Source: a virus (Duplodnaviria > Caudoviricetes). Taken from it: a DNA stretch of 37,895 nt. Made by a program: the position numbers and the translations under genes. Below are positions 7,680 through 15,318 of the stretch, piece after piece (position 1 is the first letter of the stretch; each line of letters opens with the position of its first letter). Location of the stretch: the IMG/VR virus record IMGVR_UViG_3300010398_000009, positions 1-37,895 of that record. One strand, 5' to 3'. Below the pieces are notes generated by a model, which saw only the letters and a list, made by a program, of their open reading frames with translations, made no database searches and had not been told where the DNA came from.

Positions 7680-7988
7680 CCACAATTCGACTCTCTCAAG
7701 GTAACTTACTCTCCAGGGTCCGGCCGGAGCCTGTCCAAGACGCCATCTTTAGACGTGGTCACACTGTATATACAGCGCTCGCAGACACGACTTAGGCCAG
7801 TGCCACTTAGTTACGATTCGTTAAATTCATTGAATGATTTTGCAGAAAATTGCAGAACATAACGTTTGGAGGGTGATGGCACAGCCTATGCCCTATCCGG
7901 CTTTCGGGCGGACCGATCCCGGAAGGATCCTAGGACCTTTCACGGGGGGCGAAGCGGTCTCTCTCCGCGAAGATGTCCTTATATAGGA

Positions 7989-8046
7989 GTGTCAGTCTCG
8001 CTGGTGTCAGGGTGTCGGTCTGGTGTCAGTGGGGCGAGTGCTGACA
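7989..8046. repeat. Cluster of GTGTC(A/G)G direct repeats plus one inverted copy
   Basis: GTGTCAG at 7989, 8004 and 8023, GTGTCGG at 8012, and inverted CTGACA at 8041. Confidence 0.6.
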
Positions 8047-8102
8047 GGAGAAGAAAAAAAAAGAGCAAAGAGATCTGGCCGCATGTCCGGTATCGGACAG
8101 TG

Positions 8103-8336
8103 TTAGTTGTCTGGGAGTGCGAGCAAGAACGAAGTAACGCGATACGGGCCGTTACAGGCGAGACCTGGGAATCCGTAGACCGCTTGTCCTCCTGTTAGTT
8201 GAGCGAATGCGGAGCGCATGGCGAGATCGGTTGCGGTTCTGAAGTCTCCTGGTTCGGTGTCGACGAAGCCGGATGCGGTCCAGGTTTGTCCGTCTGCGGC
8301 GGTGCCTGAGATAGAGAAGCGGTATCGGATGGACAT
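8103..8336 (-). CDS. Hypothetical protein (77 aa)
   Basis: Natural-looking ORF, last gene of the leftward early operon. Confidence 0.65.
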   Translation of the reverse strand: MSIRYRFSISGTAADGQTWTASGFVDTEPGDFRTATDLAMRSAFAQLTGGQAVYGFPGLACNGPYRVTSFLLALPDN

Positions 8337-8342
8337 ATGGTG

Positions 8343-8693
8343 TTAGTCGTCATCATCTGGGGACCAGCGGTCGGCTTTGAAGGGGGAGCGGATGGCGTGG
8401 CGTGGCAGATAGGCGTTGATGAAGAGGACGGCGATGGATTTAAGGAGCGCGTCATTTTGGAGGTCGGGATCGGCCAACTGCGTCAAGTGGTCGACGGGGA
8501 TATTCAGGGCGGCGGCGATCTGGTGGAGGACGTTGATTGTGGGGCGGCGGAGACCGGATTCGACGGAGGAGAGGAAGGACGCGGACAGTTTGGCTTTCGC
8601 GGCGACGTCGCGGATTTTTTTGTTCTGCGCGATACGGTACATGTGGATGGCGGGACCGTAGAGCAAGCGTCGTGACAGACGTTGGTTGGCCAC
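8343..8693 (-). CDS. Xre-family HTH transcriptional regulator
   Basis: IRDVAAKAKLSASFLSSVESGLRRPTINVLHQIAAAL is an HTH_3 motif. Confidence 0.85.
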   Translation of the reverse strand: MANQRLSRRLLYGPAIHMYRIAQNKKIRDVAAKAKLSASFLSSVESGLRRPTINVLHQIAAALNIPVDHLTQLADPDLQNDALLKSIAVLFINAYLPRHAIRSPFKADRWSPDDDD

Positions 8694-8718
8694 GCGGGAG
8701 CGGTTGTGGGAGCGCGCG

Positions 8719-8931
8719 TTAGTTTGGCCAGTCGGACGGCCGGTCGCGCTCCTGCGACAGGAGGAACGAATTCATCAGATCGTGGAGGGTCGGCAGTGGC
8801 ACGGACGTCGCGCATTTGACGTGTCCGCCGTCTTTCGGGAAGACGAAACAGCGCGAAGCCGAACGGGTCCGGGATCGAGCGCGAGGAGGAGATCGCCAAA
8901 GAACTGGACGATGAGTTCGTCGGGCTATCAT
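8719..8931 (-). CDS. Small phage protein, apparently internally frameshifted
   Basis: 70-aa ORF with ATGA coupling. The middle reads more naturally in alternative frames (see findings). Confidence 0.45.
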   Translation of the reverse strand: MIARRTHRPVLWRSPPRARSRTRSASRCFVFPKDGGHVKCATSVPLPTLHDLMNSFLLSQERDRPSDWPN

Positions 8932-9326
8932 GCGGCATCCTCCGGGTCGTCATCGTGGGTCTTGTCGCCGGTCGCCAGTTGGAGCGCGAACGTATGGCCG
9001 CGCTCCGCGTCGTGCTTCGACTGGTAGCGACGCTGGTACTGATCATGCGGTCCGCCGAAGATCATCGTCTCCCACAGATCCCCGTCGAACGACAGACCAA
9101 GGAAGACCGTCGAGACAAAGACGTCTCCGATCCTGTCTTGGGCCACGATGCGCGAGCCGTCTTTCTGGGACCGCTCCATCCATTGCGACCAGCGATAGAC
9201 GTTCGGCTCCGGATGCGCGAAGTCGTTCGCGTCCAGGACGAACGTCCATTCTGGCAACGCTGGGAGTCCCAGCTTGCGCGCCAGATCGTCTAGGTCGAAG
9301 GACAACGGATCGTCGTCGTCGGTCAT
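8928..9326 (-). CDS. Conserved phage hypothetical protein
   Basis: Motif VSTVFLGL....ETMIFGG..DQYQRRY.....AERGH, seen in phage proteins. Confidence 0.75.
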   Translation of the reverse strand: MTDDDDPLSFDLDDLARKLGLPALPEWTFVLDANDFAHPEPNVYRWSQWMERSQKDGSRIVAQDRIGDVFVSTVFLGLSFDGDLWETMIFGGPHDQYQRRYQSKHDAERGHTFALQLATGDKTHDDDPEDAA

Positions 9327-9613
9327 TTTCTAAAGCGTCCAGACGGATCGTTTTCTGATGTCGGCGGATCGGTGCCGACGATATGCGGTTCCGACTGACG
9401 CTCCAGTGTACGGATCGTCAACAGGTCCGCGACGTCGCGCACCAGCTTGCGCCAGCCGTCCGCGCGGTTGTGTCCCGTGACGTGTCCCAGCGCGAGCGTT
9501 TCGAGCCCGAACGGTTGTCCCGTCGATACCGTCCGCGTGCTGACCACGCGGACGGTATAGTTCGCGGACTGATCGGTCCCGGTCTTGTCGTTGACGATCT
9601 CGATCAGCAGCAT
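9323..9613 (-). CDS. Hypothetical protein (96 aa)
   Basis: IVND.TG....NY...G.V.GH.R..GW..LV pattern and a GAGG RBS. Confidence 0.7.
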   Translation of the reverse strand: MLLIEIVNDKTGTDQSANYTVRVVSTRTVSTGQPFGLETLALGHVTGHNRADGWRKLVRDVADLLTIRTLERQSEPHIVGTDPPTSENDPSGRFRK

Positions 9614-9614
9614 G

Positions 9615-9932
9615 TTAGTTCCTCTGCCGTTCCAAGTCCGCCTTCATCAGAACGCGTCGCTGGCGTGCGACCGCGCAGCGGATACAGATCTTGACCGGAC
9701 CGTCTGGCATACAGGGACGCCAGACGATGTCGACGCCGCAGTCCGCACACTGGCCAGCGATGTTATTCGTAAACGACTTCGCGATCTCCTCCGACGCACG
9801 AATACAGATCGCGTATTCGATCTCTGTGAGATCGAGATCGAGATCGAGATCATCCGAGAAACCGACCGTGAGCTTTCCGCCCAGCAAGCGCGCGTATTCG
9901 CGCAAGTAATCGCTGTCGGTTTTCGCTTTCAC
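9615..9932 (-). CDS. Hypothetical Zn-ribbon-containing protein
   Basis: CADC...CIRC motif, with an in-frame (GAGATC)4 repeat encoding DLDLDLDL. Confidence 0.65.
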   Translation of the reverse strand: MKAKTDSDYLREYARLLGGKLTVGFSDDLDLDLDLTEIEYAICIRASEEIAKSFTNNIAGQCADCGVDIVWRPCMPDGPVKICIRCAVARQRRVLMKADLERQRN

Positions 9933-11362
9933 GACTTCACCGTAAAGACAAAGAATCGCGGCATTATCGTGTAATTGCGCGCGTAGCCGATCCGCTGAAC
10001 GAGCGTCACGGTTTGATCAACCGGATCGAAGACGCACGCGGAGACCGCCGACGTGCAACCGGCATACATGCCGGTCTCCGGACAGATCGTGTTCCACAGA
10101 AATTCCTCTGTCGGCAGCACGCTTTGTGCGCTCCGGAGACGTCGACCAACCGGCATCAGCGCGTCCGGATCGAAGAACTGGCCGATAACAGCGACGCATC
10201 CGGCTCCTGGTCCGGTCGCTTCCCACGACCGATCCGTCTGGCCATGCGCGCACGGATTCGCGCCGTACCATTGATGCGAGCGCGGCGATCCGGGCGGCGT
10301 CAGATTCGCTTGACCGCAGAACAAGACGCCGCGCTTGGTCGGCGTGTCAATCCAGCAGCAACCGTCCAGGAAATCGACGCACGACGCCGCAGCCGGTTTA
10401 CTGCCGGAAAAGAAGGGCATCCCTGGTTGGATGGGTCCGCCTTGCGCGGAATCATAGATGCCATTGCAACCGGCTGGCGGACCAGGAAGCGCGCAGTTCC
10501 AGTTACACAGATCGGTCTCCGCGTTCTGCGGACGCGGTTGCGGGTTTTGCATGTCGTAGTCCAGCAAGGACAGCGCATGGAAACTCGCGTGCTGATCCGG
10601 ATAGAGCGCGTCGCACGGTGTCGACGGATCCGGCAATGTAATCGCGTGCAAGCCCGCGCCGATATTCCCCCCGTCAATCTGCGAATGCGTTTTCCCTCCG
10701 CTGATCCATTGTCGTCCGCCGAGTGCAGCGTGATAGCGCGACGGAATCGGCGCGATGAAGGAATTCACCTTTTTGCTGTGCAGGTCGCAACGCCACGGAC
10801 CGAACGGACGCGACGTCCCGTCATCGCGCAGTTCCGTATAGCCCAAGACTGGGTTCGACAGATTCCCGTTGTAGATGCCGGAGTATTGCCACATCAGCAG
10901 TGACATATCCGGATGCCAGACAATCGGATACATGATGGCCGCTTCGCCATGTGCCACCATGACACCTGTGTCGTACGAATGCGGCTGTCCTCCGGTAATG
11001 GAATTCGGCCACACCTTCGCGAGCGCACACGATGCCGGAGATCCTTTCGTCGGCTCCGGAACTCTCCACAGACAGAGACTGGGCCAATCCGGCCAGCCGG
11101 AGATCTTTTCGGAGGGACCGCGCAGATACATGTATTTGACGCCATCGATCCAGCGAAACGCGGGAACTCCCCAGGAGTACGACGCGTAATTCTGGAGTCC
11201 TTCGCTGGTCGCATCTGGCACGTAGGAGCCGACGTAGTCCAAGTCGTTCGCCGTGAGCATCGCCGTTTGACCGCTGGGCGGTTCGGGCGGTTGCGGCTCC
11301 GGCGGTTCGTCGTCCTGAATGAAGATCTTTCCAACAAAGGTCGCGTCATAGACACGGGCCAT
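9929..11362 (-). CDS. Large beta-rich accessory protein with N-terminal PEP linker (477 aa)
   Basis: GGAGG RBS. EPPEPQPPEPP is followed by LTANDLDYVGSY, resembling extracellular beta-propeller-like proteins. Confidence 0.75.
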   Translation of the reverse strand: MARVYDATFVGKIFIQDDEPPEPQPPEPPSGQTAMLTANDLDYVGSYVPDATSEGLQNYASYSWGVPAFRWIDGVKYMYLRGPSEKISGWPDWPSLCLWRVPEPTKGSPASCALAKVWPNSITGGQPHSYDTGVMVAHGEAAIMYPIVWHPDMSLLMWQYSGIYNGNLSNPVLGYTELRDDGTSRPFGPWRCDLHSKKVNSFIAPIPSRYHAALGGRQWISGGKTHSQIDGGNIGAGLHAITLPDPSTPCDALYPDQHASFHALSLLDYDMQNPQPRPQNAETDLCNWNCALPGPPAGCNGIYDSAQGGPIQPGMPFFSGSKPAAASCVDFLDGCCWIDTPTKRGVLFCGQANLTPPGSPRSHQWYGANPCAHGQTDRSWEATGPGAGCVAVIGQFFDPDALMPVGRRLRSAQSVLPTEEFLWNTICPETGMYAGCTSAVSACVFDPVDQTVTLVQRIGYARNYTIMPRFFVFTVKS

Positions 11363-11382
11363 TAGTCAGTCCTCCGGCAATA

Positions 11383-11523
11383 GTGCAACGTTTGTACTCA
11401 TTATCCGGATTCGCGCTGGGACCGCTGGAGCGCGCGCGCTATGCGTTGCCGATGTCACGCGCGTCCAGGATCGCGCAGCATCCGGAGCCGACCATGTCTC
11501 CGGACAACGGAGTACACTAGCAC
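11383..11523 (-). ncRNA. Candidate structured RNA leader (multi-branched stem-loop)
   Basis: Minus strand GTACTC-CGTTG-TCCGGA pairs with TCCGGA-TAAT-GAGTAC. Internal stems are GATG/CATC, TGCGCG/CGCGCG and CGCGCT/AGCGCG. G-U pairs form only on the minus strand. Confidence 0.4.
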
Positions 11524-11552
11524 ATTCTTTCGTACATATCTTTCGGCTTTTT

Positions 11553-11921
11553 TTAGTGCGCGCGCATGGTGGCCGGACGTGTCCGTCGTGTCCGTCCGTG
11601 CGGCTCCGTCAATGCGTCCTGTCCGTCCTCCGGCAACCTGAACGAGCGCATAGCCGCGCGCGTCGGCTCGAACCGCTGGACGCAGACATCACTGTCACCA
11701 GGAGCCGTCGCATACGCGATCTCCAGGTAACCGTCGATCTCGCGTCCGACCAGTCCGTAACACGGATCGAAGGCGACGACGAAGCCAGCCGAACAATCGT
11801 CGAGCGGATGGACGACGTGTCCATACTTCGGCGTCCAATACGCGATCCAGGGAAGTCGGTTCGGATCGGACCGTTCAATCAGCGCGCTCTGTAATGGTCT
11901 GCCGAGTAGTTCACATCGCAT
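11553..11921 (-). CDS. Hypothetical protein, paralogous to a domain of the 2283-3572 protein
   Basis: GGAGG RBS. YWTPKYGHVVHPLDDCSAGFVV...YGLVGR aligns with EWRDSLGLVLRPWMDASHGWIV...FGPCGR. Confidence 0.65.
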   Translation of the reverse strand: MRCELLGRPLQSALIERSDPNRLPWIAYWTPKYGHVVHPLDDCSAGFVVAFDPCYGLVGREIDGYLEIAYATAPGDSDVCVQRFEPTRAAMRSFRLPEDGQDALTEPHGRTRRTRPATMRAH

Positions 11922-11931
11922 GGACCCTCCC

Positions 11932-12285
11932 TTAGGCGGCTTTGAGCCATCCGCCGCGCTCCAGAAAGCCGACGACGTTGTCCAGGTCTCCCCAGACGTG
12001 AGACATGCCGGTCGATTCGCACAGGTCCGCAAAGACCTGTTGAGCCGGACGCATTCGTCCTCCGGGCGTTTTCACTTCGATCCACAGATGCCGCGCGGCA
12101 ATCTCACCGCGCGCGGGCAGCACGACATACAGATCGGGAATACCGGGCGTCTGATTGGTCCCCTGGAAGTCGCCGCGACGTCGTCGAGTGCCCAGCACGT
12201 AGACGGCAGCGCCGATGGACTCCAGCATCCGGACAATGTCCGTCTGGATCTGCTTTTCACTTGGCGAGCGTCGAGGTATACGCAT
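11932..12285 (-). CDS. VRR-NUC domain nuclease (PD-(D/E)xK)
   Basis: SEKQIQ...PGIPDL...WIEVKTPGGRMRPAQ. Confidence 0.85.
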   Translation of the reverse strand: MRIPRRSPSEKQIQTDIVRMLESIGAAVYVLGTRRRRGDFQGTNQTPGIPDLYVVLPARGEIAARHLWIEVKTPGGRMRPAQQVFADLCESTGMSHVWGDLDNVVGFLERGGWLKAA

Positions 12286-12808
12286 ACGGGTTCAGTTTCG
12301 GATTGCGCTGGCGACAGTCGCATCGCCGCGCGTAGGAATGCGCGGGATGCGCGTTGGGCCGGTCACAAGCGCGCGTCTTCAGCGTGCTATTACGGTCCGA
12401 CGACTTCGCGCGCGTCTCGGCGTGCGTTCCAGGACACCATAGCGTCTGCCAGCCGTTGTCCTCGCAGTCGCGGCAGTAGATCCAGGAACGCGGATCGTTG
12501 TCGGCATCGTCCGGCATCGGCGCAACCAACGCGCGACGATCCTGCTCGGCGTATTCCTTCGCAATGATCTCGACACGTTCGCGAATCGTGCCGACGCTCG
12601 GTAAAACCGGCTCATATGGTTCGCGCTTGATGAGACCCAGCGCGCGACAGGCACGTTCGACCAGATGCGGGTCTAGGTCGATCAGTCCCTCCAGGTAGAC
12701 GCGAGACTGAAGCGCGTCGTCAATCAGCGAGCCGCGCGCGATGGCCAGATGCGCGAGCGCGTTACCGATGATCTCGGACGACTGCTGGAGACTGATTTTG
12801 TGATCCAT
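12257..12808 (-). CDS. Putative helicase loader/inhibitor (lambda P/G39P-like) with C-terminal Zn finger
   Basis: Lies downstream of the initiator. VYLEGLIDL...RAC.....P..GTIR is followed by CRDCEDNGW...RCDC. Start uncertain (12808 or 12826). Confidence 0.6.
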   Translation of the reverse strand: MDHKISLQQSSEIIGNALAHLAIARGSLIDDALQSRVYLEGLIDLDPHLVERACRALGLIKREPYEPVLPSVGTIRERVEIIAKEYAEQDRRALVAPMPDDADNDPRSWIYCRDCEDNGWQTLWCPGTHAETRAKSSDRNSTLKTRACDRPNAHPAHSYARRCDCRQRNPKLNPYAYTSTLAK

Positions 12809-12936
12809 ATGGCCTTTCGCGTCCATTCGCCACAATGGTCATTCGGGGCCACACGGACCCCGTGGAACCAACAAATCCCGGAAGACGTATCCCGACGCTT
12901 CCAGTGTAAACAACGCGCGCACATGGCAGATGTCAC
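12724..12936 (-). CDS. Small Cys-rich hypothetical protein
   Basis: CARCLHW...GIC...DHCGEW pattern common in small phage proteins. Confidence 0.55.
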   Translation of the reverse strand: MTSAMCARCLHWKRRDTSSGICWFHGVRVAPNDHCGEWTRKAIWITKSVSSSRPRSSVTRSRIWPSRAAR

Positions 12937-13772
12937 TTGCGTTTACTTTCCAGAAACTCCGCAATGCCACGATTGACCGCGTCGACTGTGCGCTGTCCCT
13001 TGCCGTAGGTTGTCGGTCCGTTCGGCGCTGGTAATGGCGCATCCGTCGCTCGCGTCATCCAAGCGACGAGGTAGCGCATCATGCCGCGCGGCGTCTTCCG
13101 CCGATCCGGATTGCCGATAAGCCACGCGTGCGCGCGTCGGCATTGATCCGCGATGTCCAGCGCGGGGAAATCCGTCTGCAGTTGCTTATAAGCCGATTCT
13201 GTCAAGATCCAGTCTTGCGATCCGCCAACGGTCGGAAAACTCATAATTGCTGGGGATTTGTCGATTTCGCGTTTCGCGGGTTTTGCCGTTTTATGCCTCA
13301 CCGCAATACGTTGACTGGGAGTAGAACGTAGATCTTTATGATCAAGAAAGATCTTAAGATCTTGATCAAGATCTTGAAGATCTTTAGGAATAAGATCTTG
13401 ATTGCATACGGTCGTATTACGGTCGTAATACGGTCGTATTACGGTCGTATTTTCTTTCTTGCGTTTCTTCCATCGTTGTTCGACGTTTTCGCGGTTCTGC
13501 TGGCCGATAGCCTGAGTCGCCGCGCGGAGCGTTTCGAGCGGCGGACTCCGCCAACCGTCGTCGTATCGGACGAACTTCGCCGCGATCCCTCGCCAGACGC
13601 GCGTCGCTTGCAGCGACGTTCGCAGTCCCATGATGCGCGCGCGCTCGGCATCGTCGAGCGGAATTGCGCCATGGTCGACGCTGTAGAGAACGAGCCGCAG
13701 ATAGCCGCCGATTTGTTCTACTGACATTTTCGCGATTCCATCTGACAAGAATTCCGTTGGTAGTACTTTCAC
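12933..13772 (-). CDS. Replication initiator (YdaU/DUF1376 N-domain, O-like)
   Basis: EFLSD...MSVEQIGGYLRLV...GAIPLDD at the N-terminus, AWLIGNPDRRKT.RGM.RYL..W at the C-terminus, and internal iterons. Confidence 0.8.
   Translation of the reverse strand: MKVLPTEFLSDGIAKMSVEQIGGYLRLVLYSVDHGAIPLDDAERARIMGLRTSLQATRVWRGIAAKFVRYDDGWRSPPLETLRAATQAIGQQNRENVEQRWKKRKKENTTVIRPYYDRNTTVCNQDLIPKDLQDLDQDLKIFLDHKDLRSTPSQRIAVRHKTAKPAKREIDKSPAIMSFPTVGGSQDWILTESAYKQLQTDFPALDIADQCRRAHAWLIGNPDRRKTPRGMMRYLVAWMTRATDAPLPAPNGPTTYGKGQRTVDAVNRGIAEFLESKRK
13330..13450. repeat. Replication origin: four 11-bp iterons plus an AT-rich AGATCT cluster
   Basis: TACGGTCGTA(T/A) x4 at 13407-13450 and about six AGATCT copies at 13330-13400, all inside the initiator gene as in lambdoid origins. 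Confidence 0.75.
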
Positions 13773-13987
13773 GTTCGATACTCGCCAGTCAGTCCCTGGT
13801 GATGTCGTCCGCGTCCATCGATCCCGTAGATTTCGAGTAACACTCCGTCATCGTGAATTGTCACTCCCAGATCGCATCGCTTCACAGCCGCGCGGCACAA
13901 GTCGCAACAGATGACATCGCGCGGCAGTCCATTTAATGGCCGCGTTGTTCTCTTAGCCTCCTGTCCTCCGCAGATCTCGCACGTCAT
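13769..13987 (-). CDS. Small Zn-finger-like hypothetical protein
   Basis: CEIC...CDLC, coupled to the initiator start. Confidence 0.6.
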   Translation of the reverse strand: MTCEICGGQEAKRTTRPLNGLPRDVICCDLCRAAVKRCDLGVTIHDDGVLLEIYGIDGRGRHHQGLTGEYRT

Positions 13988-14057
13988 CGCCAGATTTTCG
14001 AGTGCCAGACGTCAACCAACCGTTCAATCCAGTTGCCATAATGTCGTGGCGGAAATG

Positions 14058-14501
14058 TCAGTGCCAACCGGGATCGACGATCTTGGAGAAATCGACATCT
14101 TCCGGACGACGAATCCAGCAACCAGGAATCGACGTCTCCGCGTACGTAATCACCTGATCGATGTAATGCGACATTTCCTCTTGCGACAGATCGTCCTTGC
14201 CGGTCGACCGTCGTCTGGGTTCTCCGAAGTTTCCATCGGGCAAACGAAGAAACTTCCATGCCATTCCCTCATGGACGGATTCGTAGTCGTCCGGATCGAC
14301 ATAGCCGGATGCCAGTGCGACATCCGGAATCACGACGCCACGGTAATACCGCATGGACTGAGACCCTTGGCGATACGACCGTCGTTTAATGGTAAAGATG
14401 AGTTCCTGTCCCTTGAATTTCTGGAGATACGCGCGGAAGGCGCGCGCTTCGTCGAACGCGTAATTGCCCGCGTCGTCGACGAAGACGATCCAGGACGTCA
14501 T
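14058..14501 (-). CDS. NinB/Orf-like recombination protein
   Basis: R...S.RYY.GVV...HE.M...FL...STGK..LSQEEMSHYIDQV pattern, next to ERF and the exonuclease. Confidence 0.65.
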   Translation of the reverse strand: MTSWIVFVDDAGNYAFDEARAFRAYLQKFKGQELIFTIKRRSYRQGSQSMRYYRGVVIPDVALASGYVDPDDYESVHEGMAWKFLRLPDGNFGEPRRRSTGKDDLSQEEMSHYIDQVITYAETSIPGCWIRRPEDVDFSKIVDPGWH

Positions 14502-14680
14502 CGCTGGTCCTCGCGCTTCTCCGCTGGTCGGATCATGACTCGCCAGCGCGGTTGATCGTTAGGATCCGTGTCTGGCACGCGATGACAGACGACGCGTTGT
14601 CCGTTGATCTCGCCAACCAACCGCGCTTCCGACGCGCGGACCAGATGGCCGATTTCTGCGGGATCGTGGTGTTTATTCAT
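14498..14680 (-). CDS. Hypothetical protein (60 aa)
   Basis: MNKHHDPAEIG..., with ATGA overlaps at both ends. Confidence 0.55.
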   Translation of the reverse strand: MNKHHDPAEIGHLVRASEARLVGEINGQRVVCHRVPDTDPNDQPRWRVMIRPAEKREDQR

Positions 14681-15318
14681 GCGGCGCGACTCCGTCGCAA
14701 CTGCTCCAAGGCTTCCAGTTCCCGGTCGACTTCGTCCAGGAACGCGAGCGCGCGCGTTTCGAACTCCGCGACAGCGGCATCGTTGCGTTGGACGCGAATA
14801 TGGAACGTCTGCAGGTCCAGCGGGAGCCTGTCGTCGAACGACAGGAAGTCGTACGTCTGTGCGCCAGTAATCCAGAGTTCGCACAGCATCTGCGGCACGT
14901 ATTCAGGCGGAAATCTGTTCGCGCGCAGATACCCGATATGCGTCGTCGTCTTCGGTACCTTCAGCGATAACAGACCCTGGAAGTCGTCGAAGTAACCGTC
15001 CGGCGAACAACCAGCCATGATCTCCGAATGCGCGCAGAAGCCGACGCGCTGGACGATCTGGCCGGTCAAGGCTTCATACGCGGCGAAGGCGACCGGCTCC
15101 AGGTCAACACCGCGAATCATCGCCGCCGACATGAACGTGTCTTCGTAGGTCTGGCCGGTCAAGCGCTCGCAGACCAACCGCATCCGCAGATCGCGTCGCG
15201 CAGCCGCTTCGCCGCTCTTGATCGTCGCCAGCATGTCGTCGGCATACGATCCGGTCAGACGTCCCAGCCGTGCCTTGAACCAGTCTGGTGTCCGTTGTTC
15301 GACGTTGATGACGTTCAT
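14677..15318 (-). CDS. YqaJ/lambda-exonuclease family alkaline exonuclease
   Basis: QRTPDWFKARLGRLTGS, RGVDLEP.A, GCSPDG, LKVPK, Y.PQ. Confidence 0.9.
   Translation of the reverse strand: MNVINVEQRTPDWFKARLGRLTGSYADDMLATIKSGEAAARRDLRMRLVCERLTGQTYEDTFMSAAMIRGVDLEPVAFAAYEALTGQIVQRVGFCAHSEIMAGCSPDGYFDDFQGLLSLKVPKTTTHIGYLRANRFPPEYVPQMLCELWITGAQTYDFLSFDDRLPLDLQTFHIRVQRNDAAVAEFETRALAFLDEVDRELEALEQLRRSRAA

Noticed and set aside
7764-7775. CTGTATATACAG as a LexA box or protelomerase target
   Set aside because: Spacing is CTGT-N4-ACAG rather than N8, the palindrome is far shorter than tel sites, and no protelomerase gene is evident.
8050-8100. Hairpin TGTCCG-GTAT-CGGACA plus A9 tract as an intrinsic terminator
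   Set aside because: The U-tract is about 20 nt from the stem, which is not canonical geometry.
13407-13450. Repeat arrays (also 31394-31701 and 32270-32389) as CRISPR or DGR elements
   Set aside because: No unique spacers, all are intragenic and in frame, there is no cas or reverse transcriptase gene, and differences are not adenine-specific.
13984-14061. Tiny ORF LTFPPRHYGNWIERLVDVWHSKIWR between the NinB-like and Zn-finger genes
   Set aside because: No convincing start codon or RBS, and too short to support.
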